A DNA stretch of 64,000 bases from Opitutales bacterium (GTDB lineage Bacteria > Verrucomicrobiota > Verrucomicrobiia > Opitutales > PNEW01): positions 704,001-768,000 of the forward strand of contig CBDANS010000006.1 in NCBI GenBank assembly GCA_965197745.1, read 5' to 3'. Shown in pieces: positions 1 through 11,067 of this stretch. Both the position numbers and the translations under genes were made by a program. Numbering within the stretch: position 1 is the stretch's first letter; every line of letters starts with the position of its first letter. Under the pieces are notes generated by a model, which saw nothing but the letters and a program-made list of their open reading frames with translations, ran no database searches and had not been told where the DNA came from.

Positions 1-2
1 CT

Positions 3-539
3 TTCGGCGACGCGCTCAAGGTTGGATGGGCCTGTGACGAGGCTAAATTTTTCTGGTACGAAGATCCCTTTAGAGATGGAGGCATCTCTCAGTTTGCTCA
101 TAGAAAACTGCGCCAATTAATAAAAACTCCCCTTCTCCAGACAGAACATGTGCGCAGTCTCGAGCCTCATATTGATTTCGCGATCGCCGAAGCCACAGAC
201 TTTGTCCGTGGAGATGTCGGCTACGACGGGATAACCGGAGTAATGAAACTCGCGCATGCCGCCGAGGCCCTGGGAATAGACATCGAATTTCACGGGGCAA
301 ACCCGACTATAAGGCAATGCATGGCTTCTGTTCGCAATACAAACTACTATGAGATGGGATTAGTCCATCCAAACGCGCCCATCAGTCATCCCTCTGAATT
401 ATATAAAGACTATGACGACTCACTAGAAGCGGTTGACAAAAACGGCCATATCCCTATTCCCCAGGGGCCCGGACTTGGTGTCGACATAAACTGGGACTGG
501 ATTAACGCAAATCGCACCAACCTTATTGTTTACGATTAA
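3..539 (+). CDS. Mandelate racemase/muconate lactonizing enzyme family (enolase superfamily), 5'-partial
   Basis: Frame is open from the window start (FFWYEDP...LLQTEH); C-terminus has PIPQGPGLGVDINWD, typical of MR/MLE proteins. Confidence 0.85.
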   Translation, partial: FGDALKVGWACDEAKFFWYEDPFRDGGISQFAHRKLRQLIKTPLLQTEHVRSLEPHIDFAIAEATDFVRGDVGYDGITGVMKLAHAAEALGIDIEFHGANPTIRQCMASVRNTNYYEMGLVHPNAPISHPSELYKDYDDSLEAVDKNGHIPIPQGPGLGVDINWDWINANRTNLIVYD

Positions 540-562
540 ACTGAGGGGGAATTTGCATCACC

Positions 563-1774
563 ATGTCATTGCGTTTCCTATTTTATATTACCTGCACTTT
601 ATTCCCACTATCGGTCCTGATGGGGGCTGTAGAAACAGCGTCACCTCGGAAAAACAATGTTTCCACCATTGATAATTCTATCATTAAAAATAAGGAATCA
701 GACAAAGTGGATGTTATCCTCCAGCGCATAAACGATCACTCATTTCGAAGAATAGAAGATGGCTTCACTTATGACAATGTAAGCAATGTACATGGCGTTG
801 CTGATCTTAGTGACAACTCCTGGCGCGTTCGATTGTTAGCGGTAAGAGATCTTATTCGATTAGGTGAATCCGCAATTCCTCAACTGATAACTCGACTCGA
901 AGATAATAATTCCCATGTGCGCGAGTTGTGCGCTATGGTGCTGGGTATTCTCGAAGCATCAGAGGCCAATCAGGCACTCATTAAAAGGCTGCAGGAGGAC
1001 CCGGATTCCGTTGTTCGCACCCAGGCTGCTTCCGCATTGGGTCAGATTGGGTTAAGTGAGTCCTTAACGGTGTTAGAAAAAACGATGAAAAAGGATTCCA
1101 GCCGGGACGTGATACCTCAATGTGAAATGTCGATCACCCAGATTGAAAATAATATTAAATCCGACCCCGACCTTGCGGCCTCTTATCATTCACTCGACGA
1201 ATCAAAATTTAACAGCGTTCAAGTAAATCAACCAGCAGTCGATTTTGAATTAAAAGACACCAACGGAAAAACCTGGCGGCTTAACGATTTTAAAGGAGAA
1301 AAAACCGTTGTCCTGATCTGGGTATTCGCTGACTGGTGTCCAGTCTGTCATAATGAGTTTCACGAATTAATCGAACTGGAAAAAGAATTTGCACGCGCGG
1401 ATATCCAGGTTTTTACCGTGGAGTGTCACGACCAGTTTCGTTGCCGGGTGATGACGGGTCAGGAAAAAAAACCCCACTACTGGTTTAAAAAGAAACCATT
1501 CATTGACCAGTATCCCGAAAAAATCTGGTGGCCGCATCTTGTCGATCTCGCAGGTGCGGTGGGCGCAACCTACGGCGTCGATCCCATGGAATTTGTCGTC
1601 CATTCAGAATGGATTAACCGTCCATCAACGGTTATCGTGGATAAAAACGGAATGGTTCGATTAGCCTACTACGGTACCTTCTGGGGAGATCGACCCACGA
1701 TAGAGCAAACGCTCGAAATGGTCCACTCGGAAGATTTTCAGTTTGAGCATCCCGAGCGAAGGAAAATGCCCTAG
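563..1774 (+). CDS. Signal-peptide protein: HEAT/PBS-lyase repeats fused to an AhpC/TSA redoxin domain
   Basis: Hydrophobic N-terminus; repeats such as LEDNNSHVRELCAMVLG and LQEDPDSVVRTQAASALG; AVDFELKD...WCPVC CxxC motif. Confidence 0.85.
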   Translation: MSLRFLFYITCTLFPLSVLMGAVETASPRKNNVSTIDNSIIKNKESDKVDVILQRINDHSFRRIEDGFTYDNVSNVHGVADLSDNSWRVRLLAVRDLIRLGESAIPQLITRLEDNNSHVRELCAMVLGILEASEANQALIKRLQEDPDSVVRTQAASALGQIGLSESLTVLEKTMKKDSSRDVIPQCEMSITQIENNIKSDPDLAASYHSLDESKFNSVQVNQPAVDFELKDTNGKTWRLNDFKGEKTVVLIWVFADWCPVCHNEFHELIELEKEFARADIQVFTVECHDQFRCRVMTGQEKKPHYWFKKKPFIDQYPEKIWWPHLVDLAGAVGATYGVDPMEFVVHSEWINRPSTVIVDKNGMVRLAYYGTFWGDRPTIEQTLEMVHSEDFQFEHPERRKMP

Positions 1775-1896
1775 TCGATTATCGATTGCCGATTTTCGAA
1801 TGACGAATGTCGAGCTTTGCTCTCGGTAGTCGATTGGAAGATAGCCATAGCTGGACTCAGCCTGGAATTAGATTTTATTAATCTTCGTCTTCGTCT

Positions 1897-2150
1897 CTAT
1901 TGTCATTGCGAGGGAGTAAAACGACGAAGCAATCCAGGGGGATGTCTGTTGCGTAATCACGGTCCCAGGAATCAAGACTCCAATCAATAGTACGAGTGCT
2001 GAAATACATTACTGGGTTTGCGAAGAACATGTATCCAACATCTTACATTTCATAGGTTAGTGAACAACAGATAAACTCCACCTGGAATGGAAGATGTCGC
2101 TGAGTTCGGTAGCCGCGGTCGGCTGGTAGCCTCCCTCGCAATGACAATAG
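1897..2150. repeat. MITE-like/palindromic repeat of the GTCATTGCGAG...CTCGCAATGAC family
   Basis: Perfect 20-bp terminal inverted repeat ctattgtcattgcgagggag (1897-1916) / ctccctcgcaatgacaatag (2131-2150); relatives at 10706-10856, 13361-13523 and partial copies at 19802-19976. Confidence 0.8.
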
Positions 2151-2378
2151 GAAAGAAGACGAAGATTGATCTCCTATCATTACTCCTTACAGAAGCTCGG
2201 TAAACTCCCGTTATCGCATTCTGTCATTACCCGACTTGTTCGGGTAACCCATTCTCCACTTCTCTGGCACTTCACCCGTTTTTTTATTTACAAAGCCCCC
2301 TTCCGGTTCATACCTTCCGGTCTATAACCACTAATGAGCCAGTCGTGGCTCACGATTTACTTTTTATAGGAGCACTCA

Positions 2379-4319
2379 ATGAGCATCAGTCATTACGACC
2401 TCGTTGTATATAACGGATCACCGGCGGGTATAGCCTGCGCGGTGCGTGCGGCCCGCGAAGGGCTTTCGGTCCTTCTTGCCAACCACACTCCAATCTTGGG
2501 GGGCATGATTTCCAACGGTCTCTGTTGCTGGGATACGCTGTATGAAGGCAAAAGATCGCCTATTTACGATGAACTGCGGGAGGCCCTGTTTGCATTCTAC
2601 AGAGATACCTACGGCGAAGGCTCCGATCAATACCGTACCTGTCTGTCCGGTCCTTCGGACCATTCCCACAACCTGTTCATAAAATCACATCTTGTTCCAT
2701 CTAAAGGCAATAACCAACAGCTTACTTTCGAATCAAAAGTCGCACAGATGCTGGTGGAAAAGATGGTAGATTCCGAGCCCAACATCTCATGTCTGATGAG
2801 TTCGTACCCTTTGAAAGTGGTGAGAATCGGACCGCTCATCAAGAGCGTTACCTTTGGGAAAATGAACGCCGATTGTCTGCCGGATACTGACGGCGCACGA
2901 ACTGAGGTCAGCGCCGACTCGTGGGCCGACTGCAGTTACGAGGGAGACCTGATGGCGTTGTGCGCCGCCGCATACCGTTTCGGTCGAGAACCGCGCTCTG
3001 AGTACCAAGAGCCTCACGCAGGAAAAATATTCTTAAAGCCGTCCAAAGAACCACCAAGCGATCGCCTTGCCTTCCTCGGCGTCGAACATGCCAAGCTCAA
3101 CCTCCGAAAATCGCTTGTTGTACCAGACTACCAGGAGGTTGTGGAGTGGGAAGGAGCCGGAAATGGAAACGACAGAGTACAGGCCTTTAACTTTCGCACC
3201 ATGCTTACTAACGTCGCGGCAAATCGGATGCCGGTGGAAAGGCCGGAACGGTACGATCCGGAGTACATAAAAACGCTGGGGAGTGTCCACGACCCACCTA
3301 ACGTTAAATACCGTGTAAACCGGCCGCAGTTGGTGGGGCCTCAGAACCCATATGTAGATGGCTCGTGGGAAGACCGGAAAAAAGTAAAGGACGACCACTG
3401 GGACGCATTTCTCGGCTGCCTCTACTTCGCGCGAAACGACGAATCGGAGCCGGAGGACCGGCGAAAAGAGGCAAGCCAGTGGGGACTCCCCAACGATGAG
3501 TTTGTGAAAAACGGACATAGACCGTACGAAATGTATACACGGGAAACACGGCGGCTCGAAGGACGCTACGTCTTCACGGAACACGACGCCACATTCATAG
3601 ACGATGTAAAACGGGCGCGTATACACGGAGATGCCATCGCGGTTACCGAATGGTTTATCGACATACACCCCTGTACGTTCGAAAAGCTCCCAGGCACGCT
3701 ACATGAAGGAAAGGTCATGCTCCACCAGGAGACCTTCCCCGGCCAGATACCGTATCGAGCCATTCTGCCGAAAGGCATCGACAATCTGCTGGTTCCCGTG
3801 TGTGTCTCTTCCAGTCACGTGGGGTGGAGCACCATCCGGCTCGAGCCTACGTGGATGAACATAGCCGAGGCGGCCGCGTGGGCTGTAATCATAGCGACAC
3901 GGAACGGTGTGGCTCCGGCCGAGATCACCCACGAGGCGCTGGTGCGAAAGCTTGCGGATTCACGGGTGATGATCTCCTTCTTTAACGACGTCGATCTGGG
4001 CTCGGATGATACATGGATACCCCCCGTAGCTTACTTCGCCACAAAAGGCTTTTTCCCCGGATACGACGCCAGGGCGGATGACACCCTCGACAGCGCCACG
4101 GCGGAAGTGTGGGCGAACGCGTTCATGGCCCTCAAGAACGGTTTTGCCGGGGATCCAATGGCAACCGCCCGGTTAGCAGCGACGGCGGCACAACGGGCCA
4201 CAGACCCAATCTCAACGGTGGTGTTTCATGAGATGACCGGCATTCCCGGCCATGCCGGGGAGGACTCGCCGATCACCCGGAGCGACGCGTGCGCCCTGCT
4301 ATATGATGCGCTGAAATGA
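2379..4319 (+). CDS. FAD-dependent oxidoreductase (FAD_oxidored type)
   Basis: DLVVYNGSPAGIACAVRAAREG Rossmann start; DCSYEGDL, YTRETRR, QIPYRAILP, IRLEPTWM motifs. Confidence 0.85.
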   Translation: MSISHYDLVVYNGSPAGIACAVRAAREGLSVLLANHTPILGGMISNGLCCWDTLYEGKRSPIYDELREALFAFYRDTYGEGSDQYRTCLSGPSDHSHNLFIKSHLVPSKGNNQQLTFESKVAQMLVEKMVDSEPNISCLMSSYPLKVVRIGPLIKSVTFGKMNADCLPDTDGARTEVSADSWADCSYEGDLMALCAAAYRFGREPRSEYQEPHAGKIFLKPSKEPPSDRLAFLGVEHAKLNLRKSLVVPDYQEVVEWEGAGNGNDRVQAFNFRTMLTNVAANRMPVERPERYDPEYIKTLGSVHDPPNVKYRVNRPQLVGPQNPYVDGSWEDRKKVKDDHWDAFLGCLYFARNDESEPEDRRKEASQWGLPNDEFVKNGHRPYEMYTRETRRLEGRYVFTEHDATFIDDVKRARIHGDAIAVTEWFIDIHPCTFEKLPGTLHEGKVMLHQETFPGQIPYRAILPKGIDNLLVPVCVSSSHVGWSTIRLEPTWMNIAEAAAWAVIIATRNGVAPAEITHEALVRKLADSRVMISFFNDVDLGSDDTWIPPVAYFATKGFFPGYDARADDTLDSATAEVWANAFMALKNGFAGDPMATARLAATAAQRATDPISTVVFHEMTGIPGHAGEDSPITRSDACALLYDALK

Positions 4320-4418
4320 AAAGCCAAACATCCTGAGCGAAGGGAAATGCCCTAAACAATTGTCGATTGGAAGATAGCCATAAGAGGTAAAGGAACTTTT
4401 TTTTAATGTATTTACAAT

Positions 4419-4497
4419 AAGGTGGAACGCGCTGTCCCTAGCGCGTTTGAGAATGTTGCAATTGAAGAAGCGCGCTAGGGACAGCGTGTTCCACCTT
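4419..4497. repeat. REP doublet (inverted pair) between convergent genes
   Basis: aaggtggaacgcgctgtccctagcgcg ... cgcgctagggacagcgtgttccacctt inverted repeat; related copies near 20046-20165 and 22371. Confidence 0.75.
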
Positions 4498-4606
4498 GGC
4501 TTGCAAAATATATAATGAAATATTCTCTATAAATACTTGGACGATGACGTAGACGAAGATATACTTCCTATCATAACGCCTTACTAACCCAACTTTCTTT
4601 TACTAC

Positions 4607-5698
4607 TCAACCTGGAATAAATTCCAAACAGACAGGCGCAGGAGCATCGACGACATGGCCCGCTGGAGTGAGTCGACCTGTTTGCTGATCACGGCGAAAA
4701 GTTACAATAGTATCAGCGTTCTGATTGGCGGCCAATAACCAGTTTCCAGTCGGATCGATCGCAAAGTTTCGCGGAAACTCTCCTTGTGTCGGCTCATGAC
4801 CGATCAACTTTATTCGCCCAGTACCTTCATCGATTTCATAGGCGACAATGCTGTCATGACCGCGATTGGATCCATAGAGAAATTTACCCGATGGATCAAT
4901 ATGGAGATCAGCACAGTGATTGGTGCCATTAAAATCTTCAGGGAGTGTGGACAGCGTCTGCACTTCACTCAGTTTACCTTTACTCTCATCATAAGTGAAA
5001 GCGACCATCGTGGAATCGAGTTCATTAATCAAATAGGCGTATTTGCCATTGGGGTGGAAGGTAAAGTGGCGTGGCCCCGACCCGGCTTTGCTTGAGAAGC
5101 ACAACTCCTCATTCAGTTTCAATTTTCCCTTTGTCGAATCGAAGGCGTAAATTAAAACTTTATCCAGTCCAAGATCCGGGGTGATAGCAAAATTGTTATT
5201 GCGGTCCACATAAATCGAATGCGCGTGGGCTTCCATTTGCCGTTCAGGATTTACGCTCGAGCCTTCGTGTTGAATGAATTCGGTGGCCTCTCCGAGCTGC
5301 CCACCCTCCAGGATGGGAAGAACCGATACACTCCCGCCCCCGTAATTCGCGACGAGGATGAATTTTTCCGTCCTATCCAGAATAAGATGACAGGGGCCAG
5401 TCCCAACGGAAGACTGTTCATTTATTAATGTCAGCTCTCCCGTTTTCGAATCGATGGAATAAGCACCTACCGCCCCGCATTCTTTCCCTTCAAATTCGTG
5501 TATCTCATACAAAGCATAGAGGGTGCGGCGTTGCTTATCAATGCACAGAAAGGTTGGGTTATCTACACCCTTAACCTGGCTGGAGTATTTCAACTCCCCT
5601 GTTGAAGCATCCATGCGATAGACATATAGCCCCTCACTCTTACCCGTGGTATAGGTTCCTACATAAATCAACCATTCATTTATTGTATTTGCGCCCAT
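4607..5698 (-). CDS. pgl: Lactonase family 7-bladed beta-propeller (6-phosphogluconolactonase-like)
   Basis: YVGTYT start; ANYGGGSV, HAHS, DLGLDKV, GSGPRH, SNRGHDSI, FPRNF motifs. Confidence 0.85.
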   Translation of the reverse strand: MGANTINEWLIYVGTYTTGKSEGLYVYRMDASTGELKYSSQVKGVDNPTFLCIDKQRRTLYALYEIHEFEGKECGAVGAYSIDSKTGELTLINEQSSVGTGPCHLILDRTEKFILVANYGGGSVSVLPILEGGQLGEATEFIQHEGSSVNPERQMEAHAHSIYVDRNNNFAITPDLGLDKVLIYAFDSTKGKLKLNEELCFSSKAGSGPRHFTFHPNGKYAYLINELDSTMVAFTYDESKGKLSEVQTLSTLPEDFNGTNHCADLHIDPSGKFLYGSNRGHDSIVAYEIDEGTGRIKLIGHEPTQGEFPRNFAIDPTGNWLLAANQNADTIVTFRRDQQTGRLTPAGHVVDAPAPVCLEFIPG

Positions 5699-5780
5699 GG
5701 ATATTGCATCTTCTCTTTTAATATAATGAAAAATTAATAATGTAAGAAATGGGTCAAGATGCTTTTACTTCTGTCGCGAC

Positions 5781-6521
5781 TTAATCCTGGCGCAGGAAGT
5801 CATGCACGATCTCAGCGTATCCCTCGGTATAGTCCATTTCCAGGTAATGGGCGCCGTAGTACTCGAGCGGAGTAAAGTCAGAGAGATCATAAGTTGGCAT
5901 TGGATTAAACTGGACCACCCCTTCTCCTGCTCGACATATGTGCACTGTAACATCGGTCGTGGTTTTGGAGAGTTCGATGATCTGCATAACGTCAGCACCC
6001 TTACCGTCCGCGCGGGGAATTACCTTCAGTCGCCATGAAGGCAGTAAATTGGGCAATTCTTCAGGCGCCGCTTGCCTTTCCATCGTCGAGCGCACGCTCA
6101 TTATGGATGTTCCCGCTAAAAAAGTATCCGTATACATCACTCTTTCATCCATCTTCACTCTTACGTCTGCAAAAACTTTTGGCGTACCGTAAATTTCTCG
6201 ACCGGCCGGAATGCTGCCGCGGGAATTAAGGAATACAACAGGAGCAAAGTAGCCTACCTGTCCTTTATACCTGCACTTCACGGTCAATATACTCTCCTCA
6301 AATTTTCCGTAATTAGCTGCCCATGGGACGGTAAGCCCGATCGCTATGCAGTAGCCATCTTCCGATGCTTCGAAGCACTCGGGCAGCACCCGATCAATAG
6401 CTGCAACATCAGCACGAAAATAAACAAACTGAAAACGCACGTTCCGATAGGCAGCGGGTGGCATCGGATAATACGGCGAGAAAGCCGGCATATTAGCGAT
6501 ACTATCCATGGGGATGCTCAT
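5781..6521 (-). CDS. Acetoacetate decarboxylase family protein
   Basis: AGREIYGTPKVFA motif (Schiff-base Lys); LKVIP near the C-terminus. Confidence 0.85.
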   Translation of the reverse strand: MSIPMDSIANMPAFSPYYPMPPAAYRNVRFQFVYFRADVAAIDRVLPECFEASEDGYCIAIGLTVPWAANYGKFEESILTVKCRYKGQVGYFAPVVFLNSRGSIPAGREIYGTPKVFADVRVKMDERVMYTDTFLAGTSIMSVRSTMERQAAPEELPNLLPSWRLKVIPRADGKGADVMQIIELSKTTTDVTVHICRAGEGVVQFNPMPTYDLSDFTPLEYYGAHYLEMDYTEGYAEIVHDFLRQD

Positions 6522-6577
6522 CTTATAATCTTTTTATATATATTTTCTAAAAATATCGATCTGCAAATCATCACCGG

Positions 6578-8091
6578 TTAATGATAGTCATTCCCCGTAT
6601 TGCTACTTTGGCAGGATTCAATCCACTTTTCAAGAGTCTTAACCATTCTATTTGTGGTGTAGGGTTGTTCCTCTGCTATATCCGTGGTCTCACCGGGATC
6701 GCTTACGAGATCGTAAAGTCGATAAGATTTTCCATTGTTGAGACTTAAAATTTTGTAGCGGTTATCAATCAAGGACAGCTGTTCCGCAGACTCGAATGCC
6801 TTTGCCTCTCTCTCAAATGGGTCCATCTCCGATTGAAACCCAATCGGGCTGGGACGTTCTTTCATCTTACCGTTAATTAGCGATAAGAGGCTGACGCCAT
6901 CGATGGGCATGGGTTGATTGGTTACTTTAAAGCCCGTGATATCACGAATCGTGGGATAAAAATCACTGGTCACACAGGGAATATCCGTAACCACGGATTG
7001 ACGAATTTTCGACGGCCATACAAGCATCGCGGGAACCCTAATTCCCCCTTCGTAGAGGGTCCCTTTCTCCCCGCGAAAGGGCCCGGCAGTATTATAGTCA
7101 TGGATCCAAGAGGGACCGTTATCACTGCAGAACCAGATTATTGTATTATCGGCAATTCCTGTTGCCCGATTACTGCACGCATGCGCCCAATCTGTTCATC
7201 CATCGCCGTCAGGCAGCCATACCAGTGCTGGGCCTTCATCGGTAAATCACTATAGAACGATCGATGTCTCTCCCCGGCAATAACCGGTGAATGGGGGGTG
7301 TGAAACCAAATTGTCGAAAAGAAAGGATTGTTCGCGGTGGCTTCACTTTTTATAAAATTAATCGCGCGGTCCATGATAATTCGTGAGTTCGTCCCTATAA
7401 TATTTTCAGTTACTTTTTTGCCTGGACCCTCCCAGTAAACACCGCGCCACTTATCTCCCTCTTCACCTTTTACAACAGGGCGATCCATAATTAATGTTCT
7501 TTCACCATTCTAACCACGCGGTTGGGTGTAAGGATTATAAAGAGGCATGCCCGCCTCGTCAGAAAAGCACACATCAAATCCGTTGTCCCATGGCGGCGAA
7601 TAGTGTTGTGGACGATCGGGCCTGCCTTGCACACCGTCTATCTCGGTTTTTGTAAGGGTTCCGAGATGCCATTTCCCGAAGTGACCGGTGCGGTAACCGA
7701 CACCTTTAAGCGCTTCAGCTAATGTCACCTCTTCGGAAGGTAATGATCCGACGTTGGCGAGAGGGATTCCGTATCGATAGGGATTGCGTCCGGTCAAACA
7801 ACTTCCCCTTGTCGGAGAACACACGGGCGCTCCCGCATAAAAGCGATCGAAGCGAATACCCTCTCTTGACATGGCATCCAGATGAGGCGTTTTGACGATA
7901 GGATTTCCATTATAGCCGACATCACCCCACCCCTGGTCGTCAGACATCACCAGGATGATATTGGGGCGCCGCGTGGAAAGATTACCCGCCTTGGTTTTTG
8001 AAGCTCCGAGCATGTTGCGCATCGAGATAGCCGCTGTTCCAAGGCTTAAATTTTTTATGAATTGTCGACGCGTATTTTTACTCTTATTCAT
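6578..8091 (-). pseudogene. Tat-exported arylsulfatase-family sulfatase, interrupted
   Basis: TRRQFIK twin-Arg signal; [23 protein letters not shown]; in-frame TAG at 7510-7512; frameshift near 7155-7165 (alternative frame continues [16 protein letters not shown]...[12 protein letters not shown]). Confidence 0.85.
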
Positions 8092-8221
8092 ATCCAGCTC
8101 ACCCTCTCGTTTTAAGGTGATGGTCAATTAGCATAAAGACGGGGGCTTTGCGGTTGCAATTGCTAATCGCATCTATCATTGATGGTGTCCGACTCTCAAT
8201 ATTGCTGTCCGTTTTTTGAAT

Positions 8222-9532
8222 ATGACCCGTCCTAACATTCTGTATATTCATTCCCACGACACGGGGCGTTATGTTGAACCCTATGGCTATGCCATTCCGG
8301 CGCCCAATATTCAAAAGCTTGCCGAAGAGGGGATATTATTTCGACAGGCCTACTGCGCATCTCCCATGTGTTCACCCAGTCGAGCCGCTCTCCTTACCGG
8401 ACAAAGCCCGCACAGCTGCGGACAATTTGGTTTAGTGAACTGTGGATTTCCACTACGCGATCCCGAGAAACACATCGCACACACGCTTAAAAAGAATGGC
8501 TACTACACTGCTCTATACGGATTACAACATTTGCACAATGATCCTGCAGTCCTCGGCTACGAAAGGATTGTCGAAGTCCAGAAAAATGAAAGAAATATTG
8601 ATGGCGTCCTGTATAAATACGATGCCGGACCGACGACCCAGGCGGCTGTCGAATTTTTAAATGACAAACCCGAGGAACCTTTTTTTCTCACCGTCGGCTA
8701 TTTTGAAACCCACCAGGACTTTCCCAAACTCGGCCCCAAAGACGATCCGCGTTACTGCCCCATCCCGGCGCCTCTTCCCGACACTCCAGTGATAAGAGAG
8801 GAGATGGCGAGATTCAAAGCCAGCGCAAAAATACTCGACAATAATATTGGGACTGTGATCGATGCTCTCGAGACAAATGGTTTGAAAGACAACACCCTGG
8901 TTATATGCACCACCGATCACGGGATTCCCTTTCCTGGAATGAAAACGTGCCTGACCGGTCATGGGACGGGTGTGATGATGATGCTGTGCGGTCCGGGAGA
9001 ATTTTGTGGAGGACGGGTGTCCGATTCCCTGATTTCACAGCTGGATATTTATCCGACTCTGTGTGAATTGCTTGAGATAGAGCTTCCCCCATGGTTGGAA
9101 GGTAAATCCATTCTCCCGATTATTCGGGAGGAAAAGGATGAAATTAACGAAGAGGTATTTTACGAGGCTAACTACCAAGGTATCTTCTACACCCCACAAC
9201 GCGCTGTTCGTACCCAGCGCTGGAATTATGTGCGCCATTATGATCGACAGTCTAATGTTGCACAAGAGCAGTTGTATGATTTGATCCTCGATCCCATCGA
9301 GAGAAACAACATAGCTGATGAACCCTCCATGAGGGACACCCTTAAAGATTTGCAGAGCCGCCTTGATCACTGGATGAAGGAAACAGAAGATCCCCTGCTT
9401 CATGGAAGCGTACCCCTGCCCTTGGAATCCATCGCCATTATTCCCGAGGATGACGATTTGCTCAAGCATGGACAATACCTCTACAATACTTATAAACCCT
9501 GGGAAAATCGGGTACGGGTGGATAACCGTTAG
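8222..9532 (+). CDS. Sulfatase (sulfamidase/N-sulfoglucosamine sulfohydrolase-like)
   Basis: PNILYIHSHDTG, CSPSRAALLTG, TTDHG motifs. Confidence 0.9.
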   Translation: MTRPNILYIHSHDTGRYVEPYGYAIPAPNIQKLAEEGILFRQAYCASPMCSPSRAALLTGQSPHSCGQFGLVNCGFPLRDPEKHIAHTLKKNGYYTALYGLQHLHNDPAVLGYERIVEVQKNERNIDGVLYKYDAGPTTQAAVEFLNDKPEEPFFLTVGYFETHQDFPKLGPKDDPRYCPIPAPLPDTPVIREEMARFKASAKILDNNIGTVIDALETNGLKDNTLVICTTDHGIPFPGMKTCLTGHGTGVMMMLCGPGEFCGGRVSDSLISQLDIYPTLCELLEIELPPWLEGKSILPIIREEKDEINEEVFYEANYQGIFYTPQRAVRTQRWNYVRHYDRQSNVAQEQLYDLILDPIERNNIADEPSMRDTLKDLQSRLDHWMKETEDPLLHGSVPLPLESIAIIPEDDDLLKHGQYLYNTYKPWENRVRVDNR

Positions 9533-9655
9533 ATTGATATAGGGAAACAAATTTACTCTGCACACATGGAAGTAATCTTCAATAGGATGTAATGAGACAT
9601 TACATCACACCACCATGAAAACTGAAGGGTAAGATTTGTAGTAAAAGTTTTTGAA

Positions 9656-10636
9656 ATGTACGTGGGAACTCAGTACTTCGGAACATCGAAAAAAGAAATG
9701 GAATTTTTAGCCCGTCACGGGGTGACCCATTTCGACGCCAGGGTTGATGGTATGGATGTGGACACGCTCATGCGCCATCGCGAAGAAGCAGCCACCTGCG
9801 GTGTGGAACTCGAGATGGTCCATATTAAGCCGTTGGACAGCATTCCTATGGCGAAGGACCCCCAGCGTGACAGAGATATCGAGACCGTGTGCAAGTACAT
9901 CGAGAACGCGGGCCGGGCGGGTCTTCGCGGGCTGAACTATAATTTCTGCGTCTTGCGGGCTGAACACGGAGGGGGGCTTGTCCAGCGTACCAAACGTCGG
10001 CCGGGTCGGGGCGGATCGACATACAGTTCGTTCGTGCTTTCAGAGTACGACAGCGAGACGCTTTCCGATGCTGGAGTCGTCAGCCGTGAGGAGGTGTTCG
10101 AGCGGGCGGCTTATTTTCTCGAGCGCATAATACCTGTAGCCGACGAATACAAGGTCCAAATGGCCTGTCACCTCAACGATCCACCCGCCCCCGTATTAAA
10201 CGGCGTGGAAAAGTGGGACTGGCCTGTCTTCGAGGGACTCAAACGCTTCAGTGAACTGGTAGACAGCCCCTACCACGGGTTCAATTTCTGCTGCGGGGTG
10301 GCCGCAGAAGGATTGGAGAATCCGGCTGAGGAACTGCCGGGGATTGTGAGGTACTTTGCCGAGCGCAAGAAAATTTTCAATGTCCACTTCAGGAATATAA
10401 AGGGGGGTCTGCACGACTTCTACGAGACCTGGCCCGATGAAGGTGATGTCAATATGTACCAGATCGCAAAGATCCTGCATGAAGCCGGCTATCCCTACAT
10501 GCTGATGCCCGATCACGCTCCGCATCATCCGGACGATGTAGCACCCGAAGGATATTCCAAGCGCATGACGCAGGGCTGGGCATTTCTTTTCGGCTACATC
10601 ATTGCGATGATTCAGGCCTTGGAAAACGAAAGTTGA
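9656..10636 (+). CDS. uxuA: Mannonate dehydratase (UxuA) family
   Basis: LNYNF, MACHLNDPP, NVHFRN, DEGDVNM, LMPDHAP, FGYIIAM motifs. Confidence 0.8.
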   Translation: MYVGTQYFGTSKKEMEFLARHGVTHFDARVDGMDVDTLMRHREEAATCGVELEMVHIKPLDSIPMAKDPQRDRDIETVCKYIENAGRAGLRGLNYNFCVLRAEHGGGLVQRTKRRPGRGGSTYSSFVLSEYDSETLSDAGVVSREEVFERAAYFLERIIPVADEYKVQMACHLNDPPAPVLNGVEKWDWPVFEGLKRFSELVDSPYHGFNFCCGVAAEGLENPAEELPGIVRYFAERKKIFNVHFRNIKGGLHDFYETWPDEGDVNMYQIAKILHEAGYPYMLMPDHAPHHPDDVAPEGYSKRMTQGWAFLFGYIIAMIQALENES

Positions 10637-10908
10637 GCGGGTTGTCTGACGGCCATAGCATATCACTACACAGCGAAGGCTGTTCCTCAGCACGCTTCAC
10701 CTTCTTATTATCATTGCGAGGGAGCCTATCAGCCGACACGTGAAACGCGACATCTTCCATTCCAGGGGAAAGCCGGTCACGTATTGACATTCCCCTGGAA
10801 TGTGAAATGTCGCTGCGCTCGGTAGCCGCGTCGCGCTGCTCCTCTCAATGACAATAGAGGATTACTAAGATGAGAATTATACCCGATAACCGTTAGGATC
10901 AATCCGCA
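10558..10908 (+). repeat. Direct repeat copy 1 (uxuA 3' end + palindromic element); copy 2 at 13254-13575
   Basis: caagcgcatgacgcagggctgggc...gaaagttga...cgataaccgtta(g/a)gatcaatccgca present at both positions. Confidence 0.95.
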
Positions 10909-10991
10909 ATCGTAACGAGGGGAAAGCCCGACATCTCACAAATCGGCAATCGTACGCGGGGCGAACCTCACCTGTCGTTCATTGCCTTGTA

Positions 10992-11045
10992 GCCCAACGC
11001 CTCAAATCAGCGGCGCGAAGCGTCTGCTCGATCCGCTGGTTAGCC
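10992..11045 (-). mobile_element. Integron attC site
   Basis: Minus strand GGCTAAC-CAGCGGATCGAGCAGACG..CCGCTGATTTGAGGC-GTTGGGC, 54 bp, just after the 11068 stop; R'' is complementary to the cassette 5' core GTTAGCC at 13140-13146. Confidence 0.8.
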
Positions 11046-11067
11046 TCCGGAGTTTTCGACATAATAT

